Assembly (NCBI GenBank): GCA_045546415.1
Contig: JAZQCS010000092.1
Coordinates: 280 to 64,279 of the forward strand
Reading direction: 5' to 3'
Length of the DNA: 64,000 nt
Source: Clostridia bacterium
Lineage (GTDB): Bacteria; Bacillota; Clostridia; RUG12999
The notes under the pieces are model-generated. The model searched no databases. It was not told the origin of the DNA and saw nothing but the letters and a program-made list of their open reading frames with translations. Positions 37,690 through 44,721 of this stretch are shown here, in pieces; positions within the stretch are counted from its first letter, which is position 1, and each line of letters opens with the position of its first letter. A program made the translations under genes and the position numbers.

Positions 37690-38559
37690 TTACTCCTTCC
37701 CTATCAAAGCGTTTTTTTCCATAGCATCGAAATCATACTCAGTTGTACAAGAATAGTTGTTAAATTTTCCGGCGTTACTACCCTTGACACCACTTTTACC
37801 ATTTAAATACCCTTCAAACTTATTACCAAAGAGTGTTTCTGGGCGCAGGTATCTCTCCATATCTGTTCCCTTCCACTCCTTTACCTTTTTATCAATAACC
37901 GTTTTTATATCTTCCAGAGTGTACCCTTCATTTACTCTTGCAGTTATTAAAGTGATTGTCTGTTTTGTTTCAGCTTTGTAGTTTGTGCCGATAGCGCCGT
38001 TTAAGTATTCAATTGCAGCACATATAATATGCTTTATTTTAATTTCATTTTCTTTACTTTTCTTTGTGTCTTTTTTCGGTGATTTATCGGGGTTTTTACC
38101 GTGTAAACCCTTATTATTACCGTGTAAACCCTCAAAATTCGCAAAACGGATAAAGCCTTGAGTTTCATTTTCATTTAAAACCCAAAACTGCTCATCCACA
38201 TCAACAAACTGTCTTCTCTTCTTAACAGCTTCCTGAAAGCGCATTTGTATTCCGTGGGAAGTAAGAACCTTGTCCGCCATGAAAAGTGTATCATCAAACA
38301 GTGACCGTTCAAGGAAGAAGTTCATTATCTGCCCTATTTTCTCAGGACTAAAATTCAAGTCATCAGCAGCGATATCAACAAAATCTTCGTCTACTTTCAG
38401 ATAATATCCACTTTCGCGATATATCTCACATAATATGTAAAGATAAAGTGTGATACCGTCTACACCGAATCGTCCTTTAAGTGTTTTTATTTTTTTATCC
38501 CGAAAAAAGTCCGTATCCAAAGGAAAGTAAGAAAGACCTTTTTTAATTGGTCTTGCCAC
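37690..38559 (-). CDS. Phage replisome organiser / replication initiation protein (DnaD-like N-terminal domain)
   Basis: The N-terminal GLSYFPLDTDFFRDKKIKTLKGRFGVDGITLYLYILCEIY matches the phage replisome-organiser N-terminal family. 289 aa. Confidence 0.7.
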   Translation of the reverse strand: MARPIKKGLSYFPLDTDFFRDKKIKTLKGRFGVDGITLYLYILCEIYRESGYYLKVDEDFVDIAADDLNFSPEKIGQIMNFFLERSLFDDTLFMADKVLTSHGIQMRFQEAVKKRRQFVDVDEQFWVLNENETQGFIRFANFEGLHGNNKGLHGKNPDKSPKKDTKKSKENEIKIKHIICAAIEYLNGAIGTNYKAETKQTITLITARVNEGYTLEDIKTVIDKKVKEWKGTDMERYLRPETLFGNKFEGYLNGKSGVKGSNAGKFNNYSCTTEYDFDAMEKNALIGKE

Positions 38560-38596
38560 TTTTATCCCTCATTTCTTTTCTTATTGACTTTTTATC

Positions 38597-38800
38597 TCAA
38601 TCGTGATATAATGAAATTGTTATGGAGATGTCCTCACGGGCACCTTTTGCGCCTACCGAAACCGCTATTTCGGTGGGCGTTTTCTTTTCCGCTTCTTTTT
38701 CAGATTCTTTACCTGCCTGAAGAGACTTTTCACAGTCACATTCTTCACCCGGGTCAAGATTAGCCCCACATACGGGACATACATCAAAATATGCCATCAC
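38597..38800 (-). CDS. Small zinc-ribbon protein (phage)
   Basis: The N-terminus carries CPVCG...CDCEKS. Confidence 0.45.
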   Translation of the reverse strand: MMAYFDVCPVCGANLDPGEECDCEKSLQAGKESEKEAEKKTPTEIAVSVGAKGAREDISITISLYHD

Positions 38801-39057
38801 TCTACCTCCGTTTCTATTTCAAGTACCATTCCGGGATAAATGTCACTTGTCTCAAGACCATTGTTCCGCTTCAGGTCAAATATGTATTCTCCCAGGTGCA
38901 AACCGCTCGGAATATGCTCCACGGCTATATCCCATAAAGTATCTCCGCATACTACGGTGTACTCTATAGTCTTTGTTGGCTTCTTTTCCGTAGTGCAAGC
39001 GCTCGCAAGCATTACAAATGCCATTCCTACAACAATCCCGCATATAACCTTTTTCAA
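38797..39057 (-). CDS. LysM domain lipoprotein (phage)
   Basis: A lipobox-like signal (LASAC) and the LysM motif YTVVCGDTLWDIAVEH...YPGMVLEI. Confidence 0.7.
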   Translation of the reverse strand: MKKVICGIVVGMAFVMLASACTTEKKPTKTIEYTVVCGDTLWDIAVEHIPSGLHLGEYIFDLKRNNGLETSDIYPGMVLEIETEVE

Positions 39058-39059
39058 TT

Positions 39060-39350
39060 TTATCCCTCCAATCCGTTCACAAAAATGCTCTTCCGCACTT
39101 CATCATGCTTAACAGAGATTTCTTCATTGTTCTCTGTTTTTTGGTATCTTTCAAGACCGGTAAGCTTATAACAGTCAAGGTAATCCTGTATATGGAGCTT
39201 ACCTCTTACGCCCGCTCTGTCACCCACTCTTCGTTTGATATCATTCATTTTTATGCTTGCCTCACTGAGACTGCAGCTGAATAATGCGGCAAATTCATTA
39301 AGCGTAATAACTTCCTTAGAGAAAATCTTTTCTCTTTCTTCGTATGTCAT
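39060..39350 (-). CDS. Putative DNA-binding early protein (phage)
   Basis: 96 aa directly downstream of cro in the early operon. ITLNEFAALFSCSLSEASIKMNDIKRR is HTH-like. Confidence 0.45.
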   Translation of the reverse strand: MTYEEREKIFSKEVITLNEFAALFSCSLSEASIKMNDIKRRVGDRAGVRGKLHIQDYLDCYKLTGLERYQKTENNEEISVKHDEVRKSIFVNGLEG

Positions 39351-39354
39351 TTTT

Positions 39355-39549
39355 TCACCTCCCGTTTACTGCAAGCAAATCATCAATACTGCAGTCAAGC
39401 TTTTTAGCTACAACCGCCCATCGTGCTCCGGGCATATCTGCAACACCCGCTTCAGCTCTGCAAAGAACAGATTCGGATATTGCTGTTTTTTTTGACAACT
39501 CCTTAATTGTCAGACCTGCTCTTTCACGAAAACATTTTAAATTGTTCAT
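39355..39549 (-). CDS. Cro-like XRE-family HTH regulator
   Basis: The HTH is LTIKELSKKTAISESVLCRAEAG. I place the start at ATG 39549 (RBS AAGGAG), in frame with track ORF 39355..39603. It is the first gene of the leftward early operon, divergent from cI. Confidence 0.75.
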   Translation of the reverse strand: MNNLKCFRERAGLTIKELSKKTAISESVLCRAEAGVADMPGARWAVVAKKLDCSIDDLLAVNGR

Positions 39550-39596
39550 AATATCACTCCTTTCGATTGTCTTACGCAATTTTTCGGGGTGAGATA

Positions 39597-39625
39597 TTGA
39601 CAACCTTGGTTTTTTTTGTTATAAT
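39597..39625 (+). promoter_or_regulatory. Consensus rightward promoter toward cI (TTGACA-17-TGtTATAAT)
   Basis: TTGACA 39597-39602, 17 nt spacer, TATAAT 39620-39625 with an extended TG. It lies in the cro 5' UTR region and points at the cro promoter. Confidence 0.65.
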
Positions 39626-39749
39626 TAATTTGCTACAACAAATTACAACAAAAATCTCGGTTGTCATATCTGCTCCGGGATAGCTTTTCAGTAATCTCTT
39701 TCTTTTTTTAGGGGATTACTCTAAGTATTAAATTGCTAACCACAATTTA

Positions 39750-39778
39750 ATTATAACTTAGCAAAACTTAAATGTCAA
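39750..39778 (-). promoter_or_regulatory. Consensus leftward early promoter toward cro (TTGACA-17-TATAAT on minus) with an overlapping operator-like inverted repeat
   Basis: The minus-strand -35 is 39778..39773 and the -10 is 39755..39750. The inverted repeat TTGCTAA (39734-39740) / TTAGCAA (39759-39765) brackets the -10. Confidence 0.65.
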
Positions 39779-39785
39779 CATTTTT

Positions 39786-39860
39786 TACTAAGTTTTATTA
39801 AGTTTGTGAAATGTGAACAAAAACCTTCTGTAAGTTTTGTTAAGTTTTGTGAGGTGAATA
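39786..39860. repeat. Direct repeats TAAGTTTT(A/G)TTAAGTTT(T)GTGA(A/G)(A/G)TGAA (2 x ~30 bp), operator- or UP-like, between the early promoter and the cI start
   Basis: 39790-39819 and 39831-39859 are near-identical, each with an internal TAAGTTT tandem. Confidence 0.5.
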
Positions 39861-39862
39861 AA

Positions 39863-40495
39863 ATGGTAAAAAAAATCTTTGAGGAGCTCTGCAAACAAAA
39901 AGGGGTTTCTCCCACGAGTGTGTGTTCAAAGATAGGAATATCATCGGCAGCATACTCGCAATGGACGGACAAAACCGTCCCAAGAAATTCAACATTAAAA
40001 AGGATGGCTGACTACTTCGGTGTAACCACCGATGCGTTGCTTGGCTACATCGACATCGACTCTGTGCCAAACCTGCAGTCCGTTGATGAGCTTGTTGTTT
40101 TCGAGGAAATCGGAGTAATTAGTGCAGGGTATGACGGTCAGGCAATCGAAGAACACACAGGCAAAAAAATAGACCTCCCGGCAAGTATGCTGAAAGGTCT
40201 CGGAAAAGATAATTTTTTTGTTTTGCGTGTCAGAGGAAACTCAATGTATCCAAAGCTCATTGACGGGGACAGCATTCTCTGTCAGAGATGTTCTTCCGTT
40301 GACAGCGGAGATACAGCTGTTGTTCTCTACGATGGTAATGAGGCTACCGTCAAACAAGTACGATATAAACAGGGTGAGGATTGGCTTGAACTTATCCCGG
40401 TAAATCCTGAGTACGAAACCAAGCGAATCGAAGGGTTTGACCTTGAACAATGTCGCGTACTCGGTAAAGTGGTTAAATTAATAAGAGATTTTTAA
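39863..40495 (+). CDS. CI-like repressor (XRE HTH plus S24 LexA-type autopeptidase)
   Basis: HTH is SKIGISSAAYSQWTDK. The S24 domain carries Ser in GNSMYP and a Lys downstream. I place the start at ATG 39863 (RBS GAGGTG), in frame with track ORF 39806. Confidence 0.85.
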   Translation: MVKKIFEELCKQKGVSPTSVCSKIGISSAAYSQWTDKTVPRNSTLKRMADYFGVTTDALLGYIDIDSVPNLQSVDELVVFEEIGVISAGYDGQAIEEHTGKKIDLPASMLKGLGKDNFFVLRVRGNSMYPKLIDGDSILCQRCSSVDSGDTAVVLYDGNEATVKQVRYKQGEDWLELIPVNPEYETKRIEGFDLEQCRVLGKVVKLIRDF

Positions 40496-40507
40496 GGAGT
40501 GAATTTT

Positions 40508-41155
40508 ATGGATAGTTTTTTTACACCAGGTGGATTGAAAATCAGACTTAATCTGGAATATTTTTATAGTTTGGTAGCAGATACCACAAATTTCTATACA
40601 GACAATGATATCATTAACAATGGAACAATAGCAAATTGCAGAAGTGCCATTGAGTCAATTTATACTTTACCTACAGTATTTATTCAGATATATACTCTCA
40701 TCGCAGTAATATCCCATACAAATATTTTTCAGTATTGTATAATTGTATCAGCATTATATTTTTTCGGCTGCATATGGCGGTGTACACAACCAATCGCTTT
40801 TATTACGGGTTGTTTGGGCTTTATTTCTTCTATATATAGAAAACTATCCCTTTTATTTTATATAGGACTTATAGTCTTATTTTTTTCATTAGACTGTAAG
40901 TATCTGATTATTCCCTATATCGGATTCAGATTTGCTTCTTTCATTTTTTCATTGCTTTTAAGTCATATTACTATGCTTATTACAAAGAGAAAGTATGGAG
41001 AAGCTTTCGGCGACGAAGAGATTTGTGCATTCAGAACTTTTCATATTTATACGAATAGTCCAGTTAATTTAACTACTTTTATTTATAATTACATAACACA
41101 CTGCAAAACCGAACCTTCTCCATTTCATCTTCGTAGTTTTTTGGCAGAAGAATAA
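40508..41155 (+). CDS. Polytopic membrane protein in the lysogeny module (candidate superinfection-exclusion or abortive-infection factor)
   Basis: About 5 TM segments, Cys-rich, no recognisable domain. It is immediately downstream of cI (RBS AAGGAG) and upstream of int. Confidence 0.6.
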   Translation: MDSFFTPGGLKIRLNLEYFYSLVADTTNFYTDNDIINNGTIANCRSAIESIYTLPTVFIQIYTLIAVISHTNIFQYCIIVSALYFFGCIWRCTQPIAFITGCLGFISSIYRKLSLLFYIGLIVLFFSLDCKYLIIPYIGFRFASFIFSLLLSHITMLITKRKYGEAFGDEEICAFRTFHIYTNSPVNLTTFIYNYITHCKTEPSPFHLRSFLAEE

Positions 41156-41285
41156 AAAAATCCCTCGGCTTCGTAACTTCCCGCATAGTGGGAGAACTAC
41201 CGCCGAGGGATATGTAAACTTATCACCGCTTCAGTGATACTTTTATTATAACACACTTTATACCACATTTCAATAGGAGAAATTT

Positions 41286-42416
41286 ATGAAAGAATTTTAT
41301 ATTTCCTCCACAAAATACAATATTCAAGAAAGAAAAACCAAAAAGCATGGTACGGTGTACGATGTTGTTTTTCGCATTGTAACTTTAGATGGCACAGAAA
41401 AGCAAAAGAAGCTTTCCGGATATACAACTAAAACCCTTGCCAAACAAGCTTATACGGAGTTTGTTACAGAGCATTGCGAGCTTGTTAAAAACAATCCTAT
41501 AAAAAAGAAAAACACAGATAAAGAAACCCCTACTGTTGGTGAGCTTATAAGGCAATATCTTGCAACGCTATCCAACCAGAATAAGGAAAGCTCAATTTAC
41601 GATAAACAAAACATATATAGGTTATTTGTTCTGCCGCACTATGATGATACGAAGATAACCGCACTTACCAAAGAGGAACTTTATTTGTGGCAAGACAAAT
41701 TATGGGCAACTAAGAACCCACGAACGAATGATTTCTATTCATATAAGTACCTATACAAAGTCCGAACTCATTTCCAGGCTTTCCTTGCCTGGGTGGAAAG
41801 CCGTTATGGATTTAAAAATTTCTTTCCCGAGGTTGCAAAACCCAAGCGCAGAACCGCAAAAACAAAAATGGAATTTTGGAAAAGAGAGGATTTTGAAAAA
41901 TTTATTTCTGTAATTGATGACCCCATGTATCACTGCCTATTTACTATGATGTTTTTTACAGGTAGACGAAAAGGTGAGATTTTCGCTCTTTCCCCCGATG
42001 ATGTTCAGGAGAGCACCATATCCTTCACTAAATCCTTAACAAGAAAAACACTCGATGGCAGCGCTTATAAAATCACCACAACAAAAACGGATAAGAATCA
42101 GGTAGTCCCGATTTGTGAAACACTCATAAAGGAACTACACAATTATTCACCCCAAACACCCTTTTTCTTCGGTGGAGAAAGACCACTTGCCGAAAAAACT
42201 GTTACTCGTGTTTTTGACAGAGGCTGCGAGCTCGCCGGTGTAAAAAGAATACGCATACATGATTTAAGACACTCCTTTGTATCTATGCTTATTCACCTTG
42301 GAGCCAACCTGATGGTTGTTGCTGACCTTATAGGCGATACCGTTGAGCAGGTGACAAAAACATACGGTCATTTATATGAGTCAGACAAGCTTGATATTAT
42401 ATCTAAAATAAAGTGA
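41286..42416 (+). CDS. int: Tyrosine-type site-specific integrase
   Basis: The C-terminal catalytic region carries HDLRHSF...LIGDTVEQVTKTYGHL (R-H-R-Y pattern) and an N-terminal SAM-like/AP2-like domain. RBS AGGAGA precedes the start. Confidence 0.9.
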   Translation: MKEFYISSTKYNIQERKTKKHGTVYDVVFRIVTLDGTEKQKKLSGYTTKTLAKQAYTEFVTEHCELVKNNPIKKKNTDKETPTVGELIRQYLATLSNQNKESSIYDKQNIYRLFVLPHYDDTKITALTKEELYLWQDKLWATKNPRTNDFYSYKYLYKVRTHFQAFLAWVESRYGFKNFFPEVAKPKRRTAKTKMEFWKREDFEKFISVIDDPMYHCLFTMMFFTGRRKGEIFALSPDDVQESTISFTKSLTRKTLDGSAYKITTTKTDKNQVVPICETLIKELHNYSPQTPFFFGGERPLAEKTVTRVFDRGCELAGVKRIRIHDLRHSFVSMLIHLGANLMVVADLIGDTVEQVTKTYGHLYESDKLDIISKIK

Positions 42417-42505
42417 TTCGTTACCATATTGTTACTATGTTTTAGAACATACAAGATATTGTGTTTTTTTAACTCGCAAAACACAACATATGGTATAACG
42501 GGGTT

Positions 42506-42593
42506 TCTCTCTCTCTCCGCCAAGCAAAAAGCATCACCTTTCGGTGGTGCTTTTTGTCTTACAGGAGACGAGAGAGTGAGAACTCTCTGCAAG
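42506..42593. repeat. att-like direct repeat copy 1 (putative attR): the 13-nt tRNA-Ser core plus ~75 bp containing a terminator-like hairpin
   Basis: TCTCTCTCTCTCC-GCCAAGCAAAAAGCATCACCtttcGGTGGTGCTTTTTGTCTT-ACAGGAGACGAGAGAGTGAGAACTCTCTGCAAG. The core is identical to 8135-8147. Confidence 0.55.
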
Positions 42594-42684
42594 TTTCGAC
42601 TTGCTTCCATTTCCCTTGTTATTTCAGTTTCAGAGAAACTTGCCGAGTAAACAAGACAACTTGTTTGGATTGTTTACTTTGGAA

Positions 42685-42773
42685 TCTCCTCTCTCTCCGC
42701 CAAGCAAAAAGCATCACCTATTGGTGGTGCTTTTTGTCTTGCAGGAGACGAGAGAGTGAGAACTCTCTGCAAG
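42685..42773. repeat. att-like direct repeat copy 2 (~95% identical to copy 1), abutting the remnant of the giant gene
   Basis: Copy 2 has the same 87-bp unit with 3-4 substitutions and one extra C in the core. Homology to the internal region of the giant gene starts at its right edge. Confidence 0.55.
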
Positions 42774-43140
42774 CCGTTCCAGATATATTTCCTCAGCAGT
42801 TTTTGACGGTCCTGCAATAGAAAAAGGATTTTTTTGTGAATTTTTCTCACCTTTTTGTATAGAATTATTATCGGTAGAATTATACTCCGTAGATTTTTTT
42901 TCATTTTTAGCCTTGACAATGTTTCGACTTTGGTGTACAATATTAGCGGAAAATCCAAGTTTCTCTAATGACTTAAGGAAATAGACCTTATTGTCGTTAG
43001 TGATTATCTTGGATTTTTCCATTTTATCAAGATTAACAAAATTGCTATTGTTCGTTGCTATGTCCGCAAAACCTTCTGTATACACATTGATTCTTTCGTC
43101 CTCATTTTTTATGGCTATTATAATAGGCAATCCATCCGGA
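42766..43140 (-). pseudogene. Degenerate fragment (about 90% nt identity) of the internal region of a giant-gene homologue; remnant of a second prophage copy
   Basis: 42781-43030 aligns to 11901-12170 and 43030-43140 to 12260-12370 of the intact gene. It has an in-frame 93-nt deletion. Track ORF 42714..43178 translates to ...DGLPIIIAIKNEDERINVYTEGFADIATNNSNF...AEEIYLERLAE, matching the giant protein. Confidence 0.7.
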
Positions 43141-43201
43141 CTGGAGCTTTTCCTTCCAGCCCTATTCTCTCCAACCACTTACCAACTTTTCCGACACAAA
43201 T

Positions 43202-43240
43202 AAAACCCCTGTTCAATTCTGTATTGAACAGGGGGTTTTA
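43202..43240. terminator. Strong bidirectional rho-independent terminator
   Basis: AAAACCCCTGTTCAAT-tctg-TATTGAACAGGGGGTTTTA is a perfect 12-bp stem flanked by A- and T-runs. Confidence 0.85.
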
Positions 43241-43301
43241 TAATTCGTGATTTTTGTGTCTACTTTCACATGACAAGTTCACATGCGGGGTATTTTCGCA
43301 T

Positions 43302-43487
43302 TTATTTATTGTCGTCCTTTGAAAACTTCTGTAAAACCGTAATTACGATAATTATAACAGCAATTACAACAAATATGCCAAGCATACCTGTTCCCATATA
43401 TTTAAGATTCTCTACAAAAGCCATATAATCCACGCCACTAAAAAAGTCAAGGACGGCTGTACCGATTTTATTGAAAAAATTCATCAT
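43302..43487 (-). CDS. Small membrane protein (possibly the gamma/anchor-like subunit of the Na+-decarboxylase)
   Basis: 61 aa with one TM segment (LGIFVVIAVIIIVITVL), immediately downstream of the beta-subunit gene. Confidence 0.45.
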   Translation of the reverse strand: MMNFFNKIGTAVLDFFSGVDYMAFVENLKYMGTGMLGIFVVIAVIIIVITVLQKFSKDDNK

Positions 43488-43499
43488 TTTGTTACCTCC

Positions 43500-44612
43500 T
43501 TATTTCAAAAAGAAGCTTAAGATAAGACCACCGGCAATAACCGATGCAATCTGACCTGAAACATTCACGCCCATTGAGTGCATAAGAAGGAAGTTCTGCG
43601 GATCTTCCTCAAGACCCATTTTGTGTACAATACGGCCTGCCATGGGAAAAGCAGAAATACCTGCGGCACCAATCATGGGGTTGATTTTCTTATCCTTAGG
43701 AAGGAACAGATTCATAAGCTTTGCAAAAACAACACCGCCTGCTGTATCGAAAACAAATGCAAACAAGCCAAGACCCATAATAAGCAATGTGTCGGGCTGA
43801 AGGAACTTTTCAGCTACCATCTGTGTGGCAATGGTAATGCCAAGGAAGATTGTAATAAGGTTTGCAAGAACCTTCTGGGCGGTTTCCGAAAGAGAATTGA
43901 GCACTCCGCACTCGCGGATAAGGTTACCAAACATAAGGAAACCGATAAGTGAAACCGATTCAGGAGCAACAATACCAACAACCATTGTAATTATAATCGG
44001 GAAAAGAATTTTTGTGGTTTTTGAAACACTTTTTGGTTTGTATTCCATACGAATCTGTCGTTCTTTTTTTGTAGTAAGAAGCTTTATAATAGGTCGCTGA
44101 ATAATTGGCACAAGCGCCATATAGGAATATGCCGCAACCATTATTGCAGACATATACTTTGAGCCGAGCTTGTTGGCTACTACTATAGATGTGGGGCCAT
44201 CCGCTGCACCAATAACCGCAATGGATGCTGCATCTTTAAGGTCAAAAAACATTGATGCTGTACAAAGTGTAAGGAAAATACCAAACTGAGCCGCCGCACC
44301 GAATATCATAAGTTTGGGGTTTGTAAGAAGCGGTCCGAAATCAATCATTGCACCTATACCAATAAACAGCAAAAGCGGGAAAAGCTCAGACGCAATACCC
44401 GCATCGTAAAGGGTCTGCAGGATACTGCCCTCACCCACTACACCGGAAAGGGGAAGATTAACAATAATTGCACCAAAGCCCATAGGCAAAAGCAAAGTTG
44501 GTTCCATTTCCTTTTTGATTGCAAGGTATATAAGTACGGCACCAATACACCACATAACCACCATCTGAGGCGTAATGTGTAAAACATTTCCAAAAATCAT
44601 TCCAAAATCCAT
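43500..44612 (-). CDS. Sodium ion-translocating decarboxylase beta subunit (OadB/GcdB family)
   Basis: A polytopic membrane protein with the OadB-like N-terminus MDFGMIFGNVLHITPQMVVMW...GAIIVNLP. I place the start at ATG 44612 (RBS GGAGG), in frame with the track ORF. Confidence 0.75.
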   Translation of the reverse strand: MDFGMIFGNVLHITPQMVVMWCIGAVLIYLAIKKEMEPTLLLPMGFGAIIVNLPLSGVVGEGSILQTLYDAGIASELFPLLLFIGIGAMIDFGPLLTNPKLMIFGAAAQFGIFLTLCTASMFFDLKDAASIAVIGAADGPTSIVVANKLGSKYMSAIMVAAYSYMALVPIIQRPIIKLLTTKKERQIRMEYKPKSVSKTTKILFPIIITMVVGIVAPESVSLIGFLMFGNLIRECGVLNSLSETAQKVLANLITIFLGITIATQMVAEKFLQPDTLLIMGLGLFAFVFDTAGGVVFAKLMNLFLPKDKKINPMIGAAGISAFPMAGRIVHKMGLEEDPQNFLLMHSMGVNVSGQIASVIAGGLILSFFLK

Positions 44613-44721
44613 TTTTCTACCTCCGTATTTTTTTAACAAAGTGTATTATAACACATTTTTCATCAAATGTAAATAGCAACGGCTCATTTTTGGTAAAATG
44701 AGCCGTTTTTGTGTTATTTTA

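Larger units (their letters stand above)
8135..42518. mobile_element. Integrated temperate prophage (~34 kb): a late/structural and lysis operon on the minus strand, an early/replication module on the minus strand, then a divergent cI-membrane protein-integrase module. Putative integration into the tRNA-Ser 3' end.
   Basis: Terminase small and large, portal, scaffold, capsid, holin, amidase, DnaD-like replication protein, SSB, Cro/CI pair and tyrosine integrase occur in canonical order. A 13-nt direct repeat is shared between the tRNA-Ser 3' end and the region just past int. Confidence 0.85.

Noticed and set aside
42506-42773. The 87-bp repeats as duplicated tRNA-Ser 3' halves
   Set aside because: Only the 13-nt CT core matches the tRNA. 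The rest of the unit (GCCAAGCAAAAAGCATCACC...) has no similarity to the tRNA or to the 8152-8230 flank, so this is not a simple tRNA 3' duplication.
43302-43487. Calling the 61-aa protein OadG (decarboxylase gamma subunit)
   Set aside because: OadG has an N-terminal TM anchor and is longer, whereas this protein has a central or C-terminal TM segment and no alpha-subunit gene nearby. I kept it as a generic small membrane protein.
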